Positions 9,227-18,388 of a DNA stretch of 64,000 bases are shown in pieces. The stretch is taken from NCBI GenBank assembly GCA_023418315.1, contig JAEZZY010000019.1, forward strand, positions 11,574-75,573, in the 5' to 3' direction. The stretch is from Bacteroidota bacterium. Its GTDB lineage: Bacteria; Bacteroidota; Bacteroidia; Chitinophagales; Chitinophagaceae. Both the position numbers and the translations under genes were made by a program. How positions within the stretch are numbered: position 1 is the first letter of the stretch; every line of letters starts with the position of its first letter. The notes beneath the pieces were generated by a model, which was not told where the DNA came from, searched no databases, and saw only the letters and a list, made by a program, of their open reading frames with translations.

Positions 9227-11701
9227 CTATTTCCCGAAAAGCGTATAAACCAAAGTGCCTATAGTAGCTAAGGCGGTAGTAATGGCCACCACTTCGGTGG
9301 TAGAGAGCTTGCCTTTGTTTTCCGGTTTTATAGGGACAAATATTTCTGCACCGGGTTTTACTTTAGGATAGTTTTTGAAGAATAAAAAATTCTTTGTACC
9401 GCTCACCGACCCGTTTGCATAAGTGATGTACGAACGTTTTTTATAGGCTTTTCCGGTGAAACCTCCGCCACTGTTTATGTATTTCTTAAAACTACCGGCT
9501 GTATAGATAACGGCTGATGGCGCTAATACTTCCCCGCTTACTTTTACGGTTTGTAATTGCTTGGGCACGCTGAGGATATCACCGTCTTGTACCAGCAAAT
9601 CATAGCTTCGTCCGGGTTTGTTGAGGATGCGCTCTAAATTAATCCCTACAAAATTGTTCCTTGCTATGGCGCTTCTTATATCGGTATGTGTTTCGGCAGA
9701 AGTGTCGGTTTGTTTCTTTTGAATATCTTCAAACTTAGCAAGACTCAGCTCTTCTTGCTCTTGTTCTAATAGCGTTTTGTCGCCGCGTTCCCGTTTCAAA
9801 GAAGCGCCTTCCCTATAGGCAGTTGCGGTCAAGCCACCTGCACGTTTAATAATATCGGAAATCCGTTCATTTTTGGAAGAGATAGTATAGGTTCCGGGAT
9901 ATAAAACTTCACCTTCTACTAATATGGTTTTTTGCTTTTCATAGCCCGGTGCCGGATATACGGAGATGATATCAAAAGGTTGTAAAATAAACTTGCTGGC
10001 TTCTTTTAAATCTTTATCCAAAGCAACCGTAAATATCTGCGCGGTGGCTGCTGTATCCGACCGTTGATTTACATTTTTTAGTCTGCGTGCCACTTCAATT
10101 CTTTTGGAAGTAGCGCTTTCCTTAAATCCTCCCGACATAAGAATCGCATCTTCCAGGGTCATGCTTTCCCCATATTTCATAATTCCCGGTGTGCGTACTT
10201 CTCCGCTAACAGTGATAGTGTATTCTTCTTTCAAATCAAATAGCGAAGGAATCGTGATAATATCTTCTCGGATCAGTGCAATATCCGTAGCTTTTCCGGA
10301 TAGAATATCGGCAGTGCTGAAGGAAATGATTTGTCTGGTAAGATCTTCTTTCAATCTTGTAATATAGCCTCGATTGGTGAAGGCATCTTCTTTAAGTCCA
10401 TCCGCTTTGGCGATAAGTTGGGATAAGGTAAGTCCTTCCGTCAGCTCAAATTCACCCGGGCGAAACACGGCTCCGTTGAGGGTAATTCTGTTTGTGAAAC
10501 GGTCTAAAATTCTTTCTACATAAAATTTATCTCCGGTAGAGGGAACATAATTTTCATATTGGTCGGAAGTAATGTCCCGGATTTCATGCTCAGTATCTGT
10601 ATTCTTCAATACTTTGATCCTTGCTTTATAGGCATTTTCGTTAAATCCTCCCGCAAACCGAATCAGATCGCCGAGGGTTTCATTGAATTTCATTTCAAAA
10701 ATAGCAGGGTGTTTTACTTCTCCATTCATTTCCACGCGGGTTTTGTAGGAAGGTATGCGGATAACGTCTTGATCTTGCAAACGCACATTGTTTTTAAGCG
10801 TGCCGTACAGCAAGAAATCATAAACATCCAGAATGGCGATGGTTTCGCTGCCGCGGATAATCTGTACCTGACGGTAAGAGCCGTTTTCGTTGGGGCCGCC
10901 GGAGGCATAAAGCGCATTGAATACATTCGCTACGGAAGGCAGCGTATAGGTGCCGGGTTTCACGATTTCGCCGGTCAAGACTACTTTAATGCTGCGGATG
11001 TTTCCTAACGTAATGCCTACTTTGGTATTCCCGTTTTTTATGTCGGGATAAACGGTAGTCAGTTTTGCCCGGATGCGCGAGGTAGCTTGCTCTATCGTAG
11101 CGCCGCCTACTTGCACCAGGCCCACCAACGGTACATTGATGGTTCCTTCGGGAGTAACGGTAAGGTTGTAATTGGCTTCCGAATATCCGTAAATATCCAA
11201 TAGGATTTCATCATCCGGGCCTATTTGATAATCAATAGGCGTAGCGATTCTCAGGTTCGGTTCGAAGGTGAGGTTGGAATTGCTGAATAACTCAGAGCCG
11301 AATATCCGTGAGCGTTTGCGTAGCAGCGAGTCCGTTTTCTCATCGCTTTCTCTTTCATCCGTTTCCCCTGCCACCTGCCGTTCATCCGTTGTTTTTTGAG
11401 AATCGGTTCCTGTTTTTCTTTTTGACGATGCAGCGTCTTGGCGTTTCAACCGCTCTACCCGCGCACGTAATTTTGCTACTTCCGAAGTGGGCAATCCGCG
11501 TGCTATAGCTAATTGCTCCAGTTGCGCATCACCCATGCCTGCTGCTTCCGCCTGATTTATAAATTGACGAACCTGCGCATCACTCAGCTCATCCACTTTC
11601 ACGGTCGAAAGGTTTTGCATATCGGGCGCTTGGGCACCTGCCGGCAATGCAATAAATAGGAAGATGACAAGCAGACAATATGAAACTATTTTTTGAAACA
11701 T
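9227..11701 (-). CDS. Polysaccharide export protein with multiple SLBB domains (Wza-like)
   Basis: Signal peptide. Repeated G-E-V/I-x-x-P-G-x-Y modules (GEIVKPGTYTL, GEVKHPAIFEM, GAVFRPGEFEL, GEVRTPGIMKY, GEVLYPGTYTI, GEVLAPSAVIY). C-terminal TM helix. Confidence 0.8.
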   Translation of the reverse strand: MFQKIVSYCLLVIFLFIALPAGAQAPDMQNLSTVKVDELSDAQVRQFINQAEAAGMGDAQLEQLAIARGLPTSEVAKLRARVERLKRQDAASSKRKTGTDSQKTTDERQVAGETDERESDEKTDSLLRKRSRIFGSELFSNSNLTFEPNLRIATPIDYQIGPDDEILLDIYGYSEANYNLTVTPEGTINVPLVGLVQVGGATIEQATSRIRAKLTTVYPDIKNGNTKVGITLGNIRSIKVVLTGEIVKPGTYTLPSVANVFNALYASGGPNENGSYRQVQIIRGSETIAILDVYDFLLYGTLKNNVRLQDQDVIRIPSYKTRVEMNGEVKHPAIFEMKFNETLGDLIRFAGGFNENAYKARIKVLKNTDTEHEIRDITSDQYENYVPSTGDKFYVERILDRFTNRITLNGAVFRPGEFELTEGLTLSQLIAKADGLKEDAFTNRGYITRLKEDLTRQIISFSTADILSGKATDIALIREDIITIPSLFDLKEEYTITVSGEVRTPGIMKYGESMTLEDAILMSGGFKESATSKRIEVARRLKNVNQRSDTAATAQIFTVALDKDLKEASKFILQPFDIISVYPAPGYEKQKTILVEGEVLYPGTYTISSKNERISDIIKRAGGLTATAYREGASLKRERGDKTLLEQEQEELSLAKFEDIQKKQTDTSAETHTDIRSAIARNNFVGINLERILNKPGRSYDLLVQDGDILSVPKQLQTVKVSGEVLAPSAVIYTAGSFKKYINSGGGFTGKAYKKRSYITYANGSVSGTKNFLFFKNYPKVKPGAEIFVPIKPENKGKLSTTEVVAITTALATIGTLVYTLFGK

Positions 11702-11938
11702 CTATGATGCAAGTTTTTTGAAAAGGATAATATTAGAGAAAAGCTCTGATTAAATATAAAAACCGGACAAAAATAATCGTTTTGCCATGCAATACTATAT
11801 CCTGATGAAGAAAATAGAAACTGCTGAATCCGTTCTAAAATCAGTTTGTGCGGCTTATGCGAAATTTTACAGGGCTATAGGCTGCGTACGCTTCCGCAGC
11901 AAAGATTTGGTATTGAATATAGAATAGGAAAGTTGCCT

Positions 11939-13246
11939 TTATGCTATCCGTTTTATATCTGCACCAAGTGCGTTCAGTCGTTCATCTATACGTTCGTAGC
12001 CACGGTCTATCTGGTCAATGTTGTGAATGGTGCTTTTTCCTTGTGCGGATAATGCAGCGATGAGCAAAGCCACACCGGCGCGTATATCCGGCGATACCAT
12101 GTTGATGCCGCGCAAAGCTACTTGTCTGTCCAGCCCTATAACCACCGCACGGTGCGGGTCGCAGAGAACAATCTGTGCTCCCATTTCAATGAGTTTATCT
12201 ACAAAAAACAACCGGCTCTCAAACATTTTTTGATGAATGAGTACCGTGCCTTTGGCGTGTGCTGCCGTTACCAATACAATGCTCAAAAGATCGGGAGTGA
12301 AGCCGGGCCAAGGATGGTCGTACACCGTAAGAATGGAGCCGTCTATGAATTTTTGTATGCTGTAGCTTTCTTGTGCGGGTAGGTAGAGGTCATTTCCTTT
12401 TATTTGTAGGCGGATGCCCAATCGTTGAAACACATCGGGAATCACGCCGAGGTGTTCTATATCGGCATTTTTAATGGTAAGCTCACTTTGAGTAGCGGCT
12501 GCAAGTCCTATAAACGAACCCACTTCTATCATATCTGCAAGCAACCGATGTTCGCAACCCTTTAGTTTTTGCACACCTTCTATGGTGAGGAGATTGGAAC
12601 TGATGCCACTGATTTTTGCTCCCATTTTATTAAGCATTTTACAAAGCTGCTGCACATAAGGTTCGCAAGCGGCGTTGTATATTGTTGTGCAGCCTTCGGT
12701 AAGCACGGCTGCCATAATGAGATTGGCTGTGCCGGTTACGGAAGGTTCATCCATAAGAATGGCTGCTCCGCGACGATGGCTGCCGTCCAGCATAAAAAGA
12801 CTTTCTTCCGTATTGTATTCAAAGGATACTCCTAATTTTTCAAAACCGAGGATATGTGTGTCTAATCTGCGTCTGCCGATTTTATCACCGCCCGGTTGAG
12901 GAATGTGTGCTTTACCAAAGCGGGCAAGCATAGGACCTGCAATCATTACCGCACCGCGCAGCTTTCCGGATTTTTTTTTGAAATTTTTATCTATAAAAAA
13001 ATCAGGATTCACTTTATCGGCTTGCAGCACTATGGTATGAGGTTGCGGACGAGATACCGTTACGCCCATATCGCTCATCAGCTCGATGAGCATATTCACA
13101 TCTAAGATATCCGGTACATTATGGTACGTTATAGATTCATCCGTTAGTAAAGCTGCACAGAGTACTTGCAATGCTTCATTTTTGGCTCCTTGCGGAGTGA
13201 TGCTACCTTGCAGCGGTTTCCCGCCTCTTATTTCAAAAGCGCTCAT
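11939..13246 (-). CDS. murA: UDP-N-acetylglucosamine 1-carboxyvinyltransferase
   Basis: MSAFEIRGGKPLQGSITPQGAKNEALQVLCAALLT and the full-length EPSP/MurA fold pattern; 435 aa. Confidence 0.93.
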   Translation of the reverse strand: MSAFEIRGGKPLQGSITPQGAKNEALQVLCAALLTDESITYHNVPDILDVNMLIELMSDMGVTVSRPQPHTIVLQADKVNPDFFIDKNFKKKSGKLRGAVMIAGPMLARFGKAHIPQPGGDKIGRRRLDTHILGFEKLGVSFEYNTEESLFMLDGSHRRGAAILMDEPSVTGTANLIMAAVLTEGCTTIYNAACEPYVQQLCKMLNKMGAKISGISSNLLTIEGVQKLKGCEHRLLADMIEVGSFIGLAAATQSELTIKNADIEHLGVIPDVFQRLGIRLQIKGNDLYLPAQESYSIQKFIDGSILTVYDHPWPGFTPDLLSIVLVTAAHAKGTVLIHQKMFESRLFFVDKLIEMGAQIVLCDPHRAVVIGLDRQVALRGINMVSPDIRAGVALLIAALSAQGKSTIHNIDQIDRGYERIDERLNALGADIKRIA

Positions 13247-13320
13247 ACCTAAAAATAAATAGTTGATTGATGGAATAGTTGATTGATGGAAAATCTAATA
13301 GTAAGGCAGTGGTGTGCATC

Positions 13321-13989
13321 TTATTTCTTTTTAAATTTACGGTTCTTGTTATAATTGCCTCCATTGTTGTAGTTACGATTGTTTCCGCCGCCTTGTCCAT
13401 TTCGGTTTCGGTTGTTGTTGTTATTCCGGTTTTGCTTATAATTCCTATTGTCGAAATGCACTTTATAGCCGCCGGATTCGTATTTGAGCTCGCCATTGCT
13501 CAGCTCGAGCAATTCATTTTTAATCATGTCGTCATGCACAGGTTCTTTATGCCAGTTGGTATAGGCAAGTTTCATGTAGTAGCCGATGATTTGTGTGAAG
13601 CCTTGTCTTTTTTCCGGGTCTTCTTCTTGCAGTGCTTTTTCGATAAGAGAAGTCAGGTTTTTTCCGAAATGCCTGTTGCGTACATTTTCTTTAGGGTAGG
13701 GGAGCATCTCCGGTTTTTTCATCACTTCTTCCCTTGATGGCGGCGGGTAGGGGCCGTCCACATCTAATTGGAAATCGGTCATCTGATGCAGATGGTCCCA
13801 AAGTTTGTGTTTATAGTCTTCTATGGTTTTGAGATGAGGCGTTAATGTGGCCATTAGTTCTACAATGGCTTCTGCATTTCTCAATCTTTTTTCTCTGTCT
13901 TCGATGGTCATTACATATTCCACCATTCGTTGCACATTTCTTCCGTATTCGGGCATCAGCATTTTGCTGCGCGTAGTATTATATTCCAT
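13321..13989 (-). CDS. DUF4290 domain protein with an N/R/G-rich basic C-terminal tail
   Basis: MEYNTTRSKMLMPEYGRNVQRMVEY matches my recollection of DUF4290 proteins. These commonly sit next to murA in Bacteroidota. The tail is NRNYKQNRNNNNNRNRNGQGGGNNRNYNNGGNYNKNRKFKKK. Confidence 0.65.
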   Translation of the reverse strand: MEYNTTRSKMLMPEYGRNVQRMVEYVMTIEDREKRLRNAEAIVELMATLTPHLKTIEDYKHKLWDHLHQMTDFQLDVDGPYPPPSREEVMKKPEMLPYPKENVRNRHFGKNLTSLIEKALQEEDPEKRQGFTQIIGYYMKLAYTNWHKEPVHDDMIKNELLELSNGELKYESGGYKVHFDNRNYKQNRNNNNNRNRNGQGGGNNRNYNNGGNYNKNRKFKKK

Positions 13990-14213
13990 GTTTAATTTTT
14001 TTTAGTAAGAAAATAAGTAGGTATCAAACGGCGCAAGACAGAATAGTTTCTTAGGCACGTTTAGGATATAGTAGCAAGTCTTATTCTTCATTAAATGGGG
14101 GAAAGGAGGGAAAGAATAATATTGCCGGAGCGTGGTAAAGGTAGGGGAAATAGCGGTTTTAAAAAAAATCGTCTGCTGATCCTTTTACAAAAAGCCCTAT
14201 ACTGGCAAGAACT

Positions 14214-14266
14214 GGCGATGGTCATTCGCAGCATAGCTTCTTGGCCACTCATTCTGTAATCTAATC
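14214..14266 (-). repeat. Direct-repeat copy 1 (about 54 bp), a likely C-terminal remnant of an IS200/RAYT-type transposase gene
   Basis: About 91% identical to 16477..16530 (4 mismatches, 1 indel), same orientation. The minus-strand reading is NEWPRSYAANDHRQ, resembling the (E/D)WxWSSY C-terminus of Y1 transposases. Confidence 0.5.
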
Positions 14267-14429
14267 ATCCTACTTACCAAGAGTTTAAGCCCAGTCTTTT
14301 TATCAATTCAAATATCCCAAATGATGAAATGAGTATTATTATAGGTATCAAAAATATTTGCCAAGTTATAAAAACATACCCTATGCTAATACTTCATTTT
14401 ATCTTCACTCTTTCATATTTTACAGTAAG

Positions 14430-15935
14430 ATGTTATCATCACTTTATAAAAACCTCGGGTTCAGAAAATACGCTATCGTTTTGGCTTATGTAGCCATCGC
14501 TATAGGAATCACCTTGCGCCTGATTATGTTTTTTCAAGACAGGGATCTTATCATTGATGAAGCCAATATTGTGCGTAATCTCTATGAAAGAAATTTTATT
14601 GAACTGCTTTATCCCTTGTCGTATGCACAATATGCTCCACCTATTTTCCTATGGATGGAGAAAACAATATCCCTATTTTCAGGGTTCGGTAGTTTTTCTC
14701 TCAAACTTTTCCCTATGATGTGCGGCATTGCGATGCTGTTTCTTTTTTATGCTATTCTTACCCGGTTAATCAGTATATATATCGTTTGGATTCCCTTGTC
14801 ATTGCTCGCTGTCAGCCCGTATTTTATTGAATATTCTGCTACAATAAAACAATATATTTTCGACAGTCTGATTAGTTTATTACTGATAGGGCTTGCCCTT
14901 CGCACAGAGATTTTTGCCACACCCTCAAAACGTTTTTTCATCTTATGGAGCAGTGCCGGGATAATAGCTATTTTCTCTTCCATGCCTTCTGTTTTCACCT
15001 TAGCGGCTGTAGGGCTTTACTATGGATGGATTATATTTCAAAGCAAGGAATGGAAACGACTCCCGTACTTGTTCCTTATTTCAGGCATTTGGTTGCTGGC
15101 ATTTGCCCTATATTATTTCACGATGCTGAAACCGCAGATAACTTCCGGCTATCTTCAAAGCTATCATGCCGATTATTTTTTGTCTGCCTTTCCTACCAGC
15201 TATCCCGAGTGGAAGCATGACTACATGCGTTTAAAAGAACTGCTCAATAGCGCTTGTGGCTATTCTTCCTATAATTATTTTATTGCCTACGGGTGTTTGG
15301 CTGTAGCGATAATCGTTCTCTTAAAAAAGAAACCGGCTATTCTACTGCTGCTCCTCACACCGGTAGGGCTGATGCTTGTTGCCGCAGCAGCCAATCAATA
15401 TTCCTTAATCCTGCGATTAACTTTATTCGCATTACCCTTAATTGTTTTATTATTCGGTCTTGGATTGAATGAGCTATGGAAAATACCCTCTATTTTTCCA
15501 AAAATCGCCATCATCTTCGTGGGGGTTATCATGATTAAAACCGCCAACAAATTTGAATTATTCAGAGAAAAACACGGCTTTCATGAATTAACGGAAGGGT
15601 TTCACTATCTTATGTCGAAAGGGGTAAAAGGAGAACATTTATTCGTACACTCGGCAAGCGACGCCACCTTCATCTACTACACACAAATCTACCCGGAGAA
15701 AGACCAATACAAGAGCTTAGCAAATGCCACCATTCTGCCGGACAGCGTGGACTATGCCACCGTAACCTATGGTATAAAAGATACAGTTTATTTCATTTAT
15801 ACAGGTGGATTTCCTGAGGTGGAAAGAAGAAAACGCGTACAACAAATAGAACAAAACATGCAACAGGTGGATTATTTTGAAAAGTACATTTGTTTTGTTT
15901 ATGGCTATGCGCCTAAGGCGGAAGCAAATCCATAA
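14430..15935 (+). CDS. Polytopic membrane protein, GT-C fold (ArnT/PMT, GT39-like) glycosyltransferase candidate
   Basis: About 12 hydrophobic helices. An early loop with IIDEANIVRNLYE (a DE-type GT-C motif) and a soluble C-terminal domain. ATG 14430 is preferred over the track start 14358. AT-rich relative to its neighbours. Confidence 0.5.
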   Translation: MLSSLYKNLGFRKYAIVLAYVAIAIGITLRLIMFFQDRDLIIDEANIVRNLYERNFIELLYPLSYAQYAPPIFLWMEKTISLFSGFGSFSLKLFPMMCGIAMLFLFYAILTRLISIYIVWIPLSLLAVSPYFIEYSATIKQYIFDSLISLLLIGLALRTEIFATPSKRFFILWSSAGIIAIFSSMPSVFTLAAVGLYYGWIIFQSKEWKRLPYLFLISGIWLLAFALYYFTMLKPQITSGYLQSYHADYFLSAFPTSYPEWKHDYMRLKELLNSACGYSSYNYFIAYGCLAVAIIVLLKKKPAILLLLLTPVGLMLVAAAANQYSLILRLTLFALPLIVLLFGLGLNELWKIPSIFPKIAIIFVGVIMIKTANKFELFREKHGFHELTEGFHYLMSKGVKGEHLFVHSASDATFIYYTQIYPEKDQYKSLANATILPDSVDYATVTYGIKDTVYFIYTGGFPEVERRKRVQQIEQNMQQVDYFEKYICFVYGYAPKAEANP

Positions 15936-16034
15936 CATGCTTCTGTGTGTGCGTATCCGCAGAGCCGTCTTTTTTCAAGCTGCCTTGGGACCATTTCCAT
16001 TTTTTCAAAGAACTTAGTGCAGTTTAAAAACTGC

Positions 16035-16373
16035 TTACCACAATCCTTTTTTCTGTCTTATTAAACTTAGTATAATCGCCAATACCATTGGTAAAAAAAC
16101 ATATAATAATACCCGAATAGTATTTTCCCACTTATAATTTCCATATTTCGATTTATACTGTTCCATCAACCTTTGTGTACGAGTTTTATTATAAAAAAAA
16201 CATAGTCCAATCCAAAATGGAATGATAAATAGCATCCAAACATTTCTATTCCTTCCTGTAGCACCATAATCAGGTAAAGGCAAAATATTAACATCCGCTA
16301 CCCATTTAATAACTTCCGAAAGTAAAAGTAGGTGCATCATTAAAGCAAAAATTACATGAATTGACGCACTCAT
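16035..16373 (-). CDS. Small hypothetical membrane protein (about 3 TM helices)
   Basis: 112-aa ORF with hydrophobic segments (VIFALMMHLLLL, WMLFIIPFWIGLCFF, VLLYVFLPMVLAIILSL). Very AT-rich DNA (sampled about 25% GC). Confidence 0.4.
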   Translation of the reverse strand: MSASIHVIFALMMHLLLLSEVIKWVADVNILPLPDYGATGRNRNVWMLFIIPFWIGLCFFYNKTRTQRLMEQYKSKYGNYKWENTIRVLLYVFLPMVLAIILSLIRQKKGLW

Positions 16374-16476
16374 ATTTCCATTATGACCTCTCTTCGACCA
16401 AACTTTGTAAAAAAAACAATAAATAAAATTATACGCATTCCTATTTTATCTTTTTCCCACACTGGTGCACAAATGA

Positions 16477-16603
16477 GGCGATGGTCATTTGCAGCATAGC
16501 TTCTTGTGCCACTCATTCAGCAATCCAATCTTCCGCAATTTACTACGGCATAGCTTACAAAATACAAGGCGGTAGGATTATGAAACTTCCATTTTTTGCT
16601 CAG
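16477..16603 (-). pseudogene. Internally deleted remnant of an IS200/IS605-type Y1 (RAYT-like) transposase gene
   Basis: The minus strand encodes KKWKFHNPTALYFVSYAVVN, matching my recollection of the Bacteroidota Y1-transposase N-terminus KYKFHNxxGLYFVSFATVxWIDVF. It is fused directly to the C-terminal-like piece that forms repeat copy 2 (16477..16530), which carries a 1-nt insertion. The catalytic HUH/Tyr core is absent. Confidence 0.4.
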
Positions 16604-16734
16604 GCTGTCAAATGTAGTATTTAAAATAATTTTCGTTTCGTGCGCGTCTCCCGAAGGGGGACTCGTACTCTTTTGGAAGTAGTAGCCAACGTGTGCGCGA
16701 ATCCTTTTCAAGAGACTCGCGCAGAACACAATTT

Positions 16735-18150
16735 CTATTTCCGTTTATAGCGCGTAATCAACTCATTTACTGCTGCCCGTTTCAGGTTTTCGGGGTTTAG
16801 TTCGGTAAATAATTTTAGTTTGCTTAGCCCTTCCGACAAGGCTTTTTCAAGGTGGATAAGTGCTTCTTTGCTTTTGCCCATTGCAAAAAGTACGGCAGCT
16901 TGCAGATAGCGGAAATCCGGTTTATCGCCGCAGCTTTCTTTGGCTAATTCTAATTGGGTGAGGGCTTCTTCATAAAATCCTGAAAGATACAAGCCACGGA
17001 TAAGAGCAACCCAGGTGGTTTTGTTGCCCGGTTTGAGGCGTACGGCATTTACATAGCAGATAAGCGCTTCGTTCTTTACATCCATTTCCATGAGGCAATT
17101 GCCTATGGCCATGCAATACGAAGCGTTTTCCTTATTGAGATGCAAGGCTACGGAATAGGCTTTTACGGCTTTTTCCCATTGTTGTTCGCGTGCGTAGGTT
17201 TCACCAATTTTATAGAAGATGGCATCGTCCTCCGGACTGAGCTGCGAAGCCTGGCGGTAGTAGTATCTTGCTTTGGAGAAATCTTTTTGCTTTTCATAGC
17301 AAAAGCCCATCGCTTCATAAATTACGTCTTCGGGTTTGGAAATTTCCAAGTGTTTTTGCAGTACTTCCAATGCGCGGTCAAACCATTTGAGGCGCATATA
17401 GGCATCCGCCATATTGCGGTAGGCAAATTCAAATTTATCATCTATAGCCACACAAAATTCATAGGCATCAATCGCTTTTTCATAAAGTTTTTCACTTTGA
17501 TAGGCAGAGCCGAGGTTGAACCATGCGAGTGCGTTGTAGGGATCTTCATCGGTTATTTGGGTATGCAGTTCTATGCTTTCATCGTTACGTCCGGTAAAAT
17601 CTGCCCAGAAGCATATTTTCTGAAGCGCTTCCTCGTTGCGGTTTTCTGTTTTTACGATTCGTTTCAAGGTGTCGAAAACGGCTTCAAAATCTTCCGATTC
17701 ATCATAAACATCAGCCAGCTCCAGCAGTATTTCGGTTTTATCCTTTCCTGAAAAATCGTGTGCTTTTTGTTCCAGCAAGGCGGCGGCTTGGTCGTATTTA
17801 TATTGGCTTAAAAAAATATCGGAGCGTAGCAGTGTGGCATCTAAGTTTTGCTGGTCTAATTGATCCACTTCATCCAATACGTTCAGTGCTTGACCGAATT
17901 TTTGGGATTGGGTGAGTATTTCTGCTTTCAGCAAAAGGATTTCTGCGGAGAAGGGGTAGTAAGTGATGGCAATGTCGCAAGCCAGCAGAGCCTGTTCTTC
18001 ATTGCTGCTCTGGAAATAATGTTCTATCACCCGTTCAAATTCTTCTTCCTGCATGATGTGTGCGGCTTCTCCGTTTTTCACTTCTTCATAGCGTCTGAGG
18101 AGGTCGTCCATTGCGTGAAGCTCATCATCTAAAAAATCATCTTCAAACAT
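16735..18150 (-). CDS. Tetratricopeptide (TPR) repeat protein
   Basis: Successive 34-aa TPR-like units (e.g. ALAWFNLGSAYQSEKLYEKAIDAYEFCVAID and FAYRNMADAYMRLKWFDRALEVLQKHLEI). No signal peptide. Confidence 0.8.
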   Translation of the reverse strand: MFEDDFLDDELHAMDDLLRRYEEVKNGEAAHIMQEEEFERVIEHYFQSSNEEQALLACDIAITYYPFSAEILLLKAEILTQSQKFGQALNVLDEVDQLDQQNLDATLLRSDIFLSQYKYDQAAALLEQKAHDFSGKDKTEILLELADVYDESEDFEAVFDTLKRIVKTENRNEEALQKICFWADFTGRNDESIELHTQITDEDPYNALAWFNLGSAYQSEKLYEKAIDAYEFCVAIDDKFEFAYRNMADAYMRLKWFDRALEVLQKHLEISKPEDVIYEAMGFCYEKQKDFSKARYYYRQASQLSPEDDAIFYKIGETYAREQQWEKAVKAYSVALHLNKENASYCMAIGNCLMEMDVKNEALICYVNAVRLKPGNKTTWVALIRGLYLSGFYEEALTQLELAKESCGDKPDFRYLQAAVLFAMGKSKEALIHLEKALSEGLSKLKLFTELNPENLKRAAVNELITRYKRK

Positions 18151-18318
18151 AATATGCCAGGTTTATGTTCAAATGTAAGGAAAAATGTACTGGATGCCTT
18201 TACTCGGTTATAATCGTGAAGTTATTTATTCACAGGGTATTCACACTCAATGGAATAGTGTCAAGGAGATAAAAGTTATCTTTTATCGTGTATAGTATTT
18301 TTATCATGAGTGGAAAAT

Positions 18319-18350
18319 AAAGGGATGCAGATAGATTGCCACATCCCTTT
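18319..18350 (-). terminator. Stem-loop terminator candidate downstream of the 18389..20341 gene
   Basis: AAAGGGATG-(14 nt)-CATCCCTTT, a 9-bp stem. On the minus strand it is followed by ATTTTCC. Confidence 0.5.
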
Positions 18351-18388
18351 ATAATAAGTGTGTTTTTTCTTGCCGACTAAGGCGTTTT

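Noticed and set aside
13330-13460. Quasi-repetitive aat/cgg/ggn DNA as a tandem repeat or CRISPR-like array
   Set aside because: It is in frame with, and encodes, the N/R/G-rich tail of the DUF4290 protein. There is no repeat-spacer periodicity.
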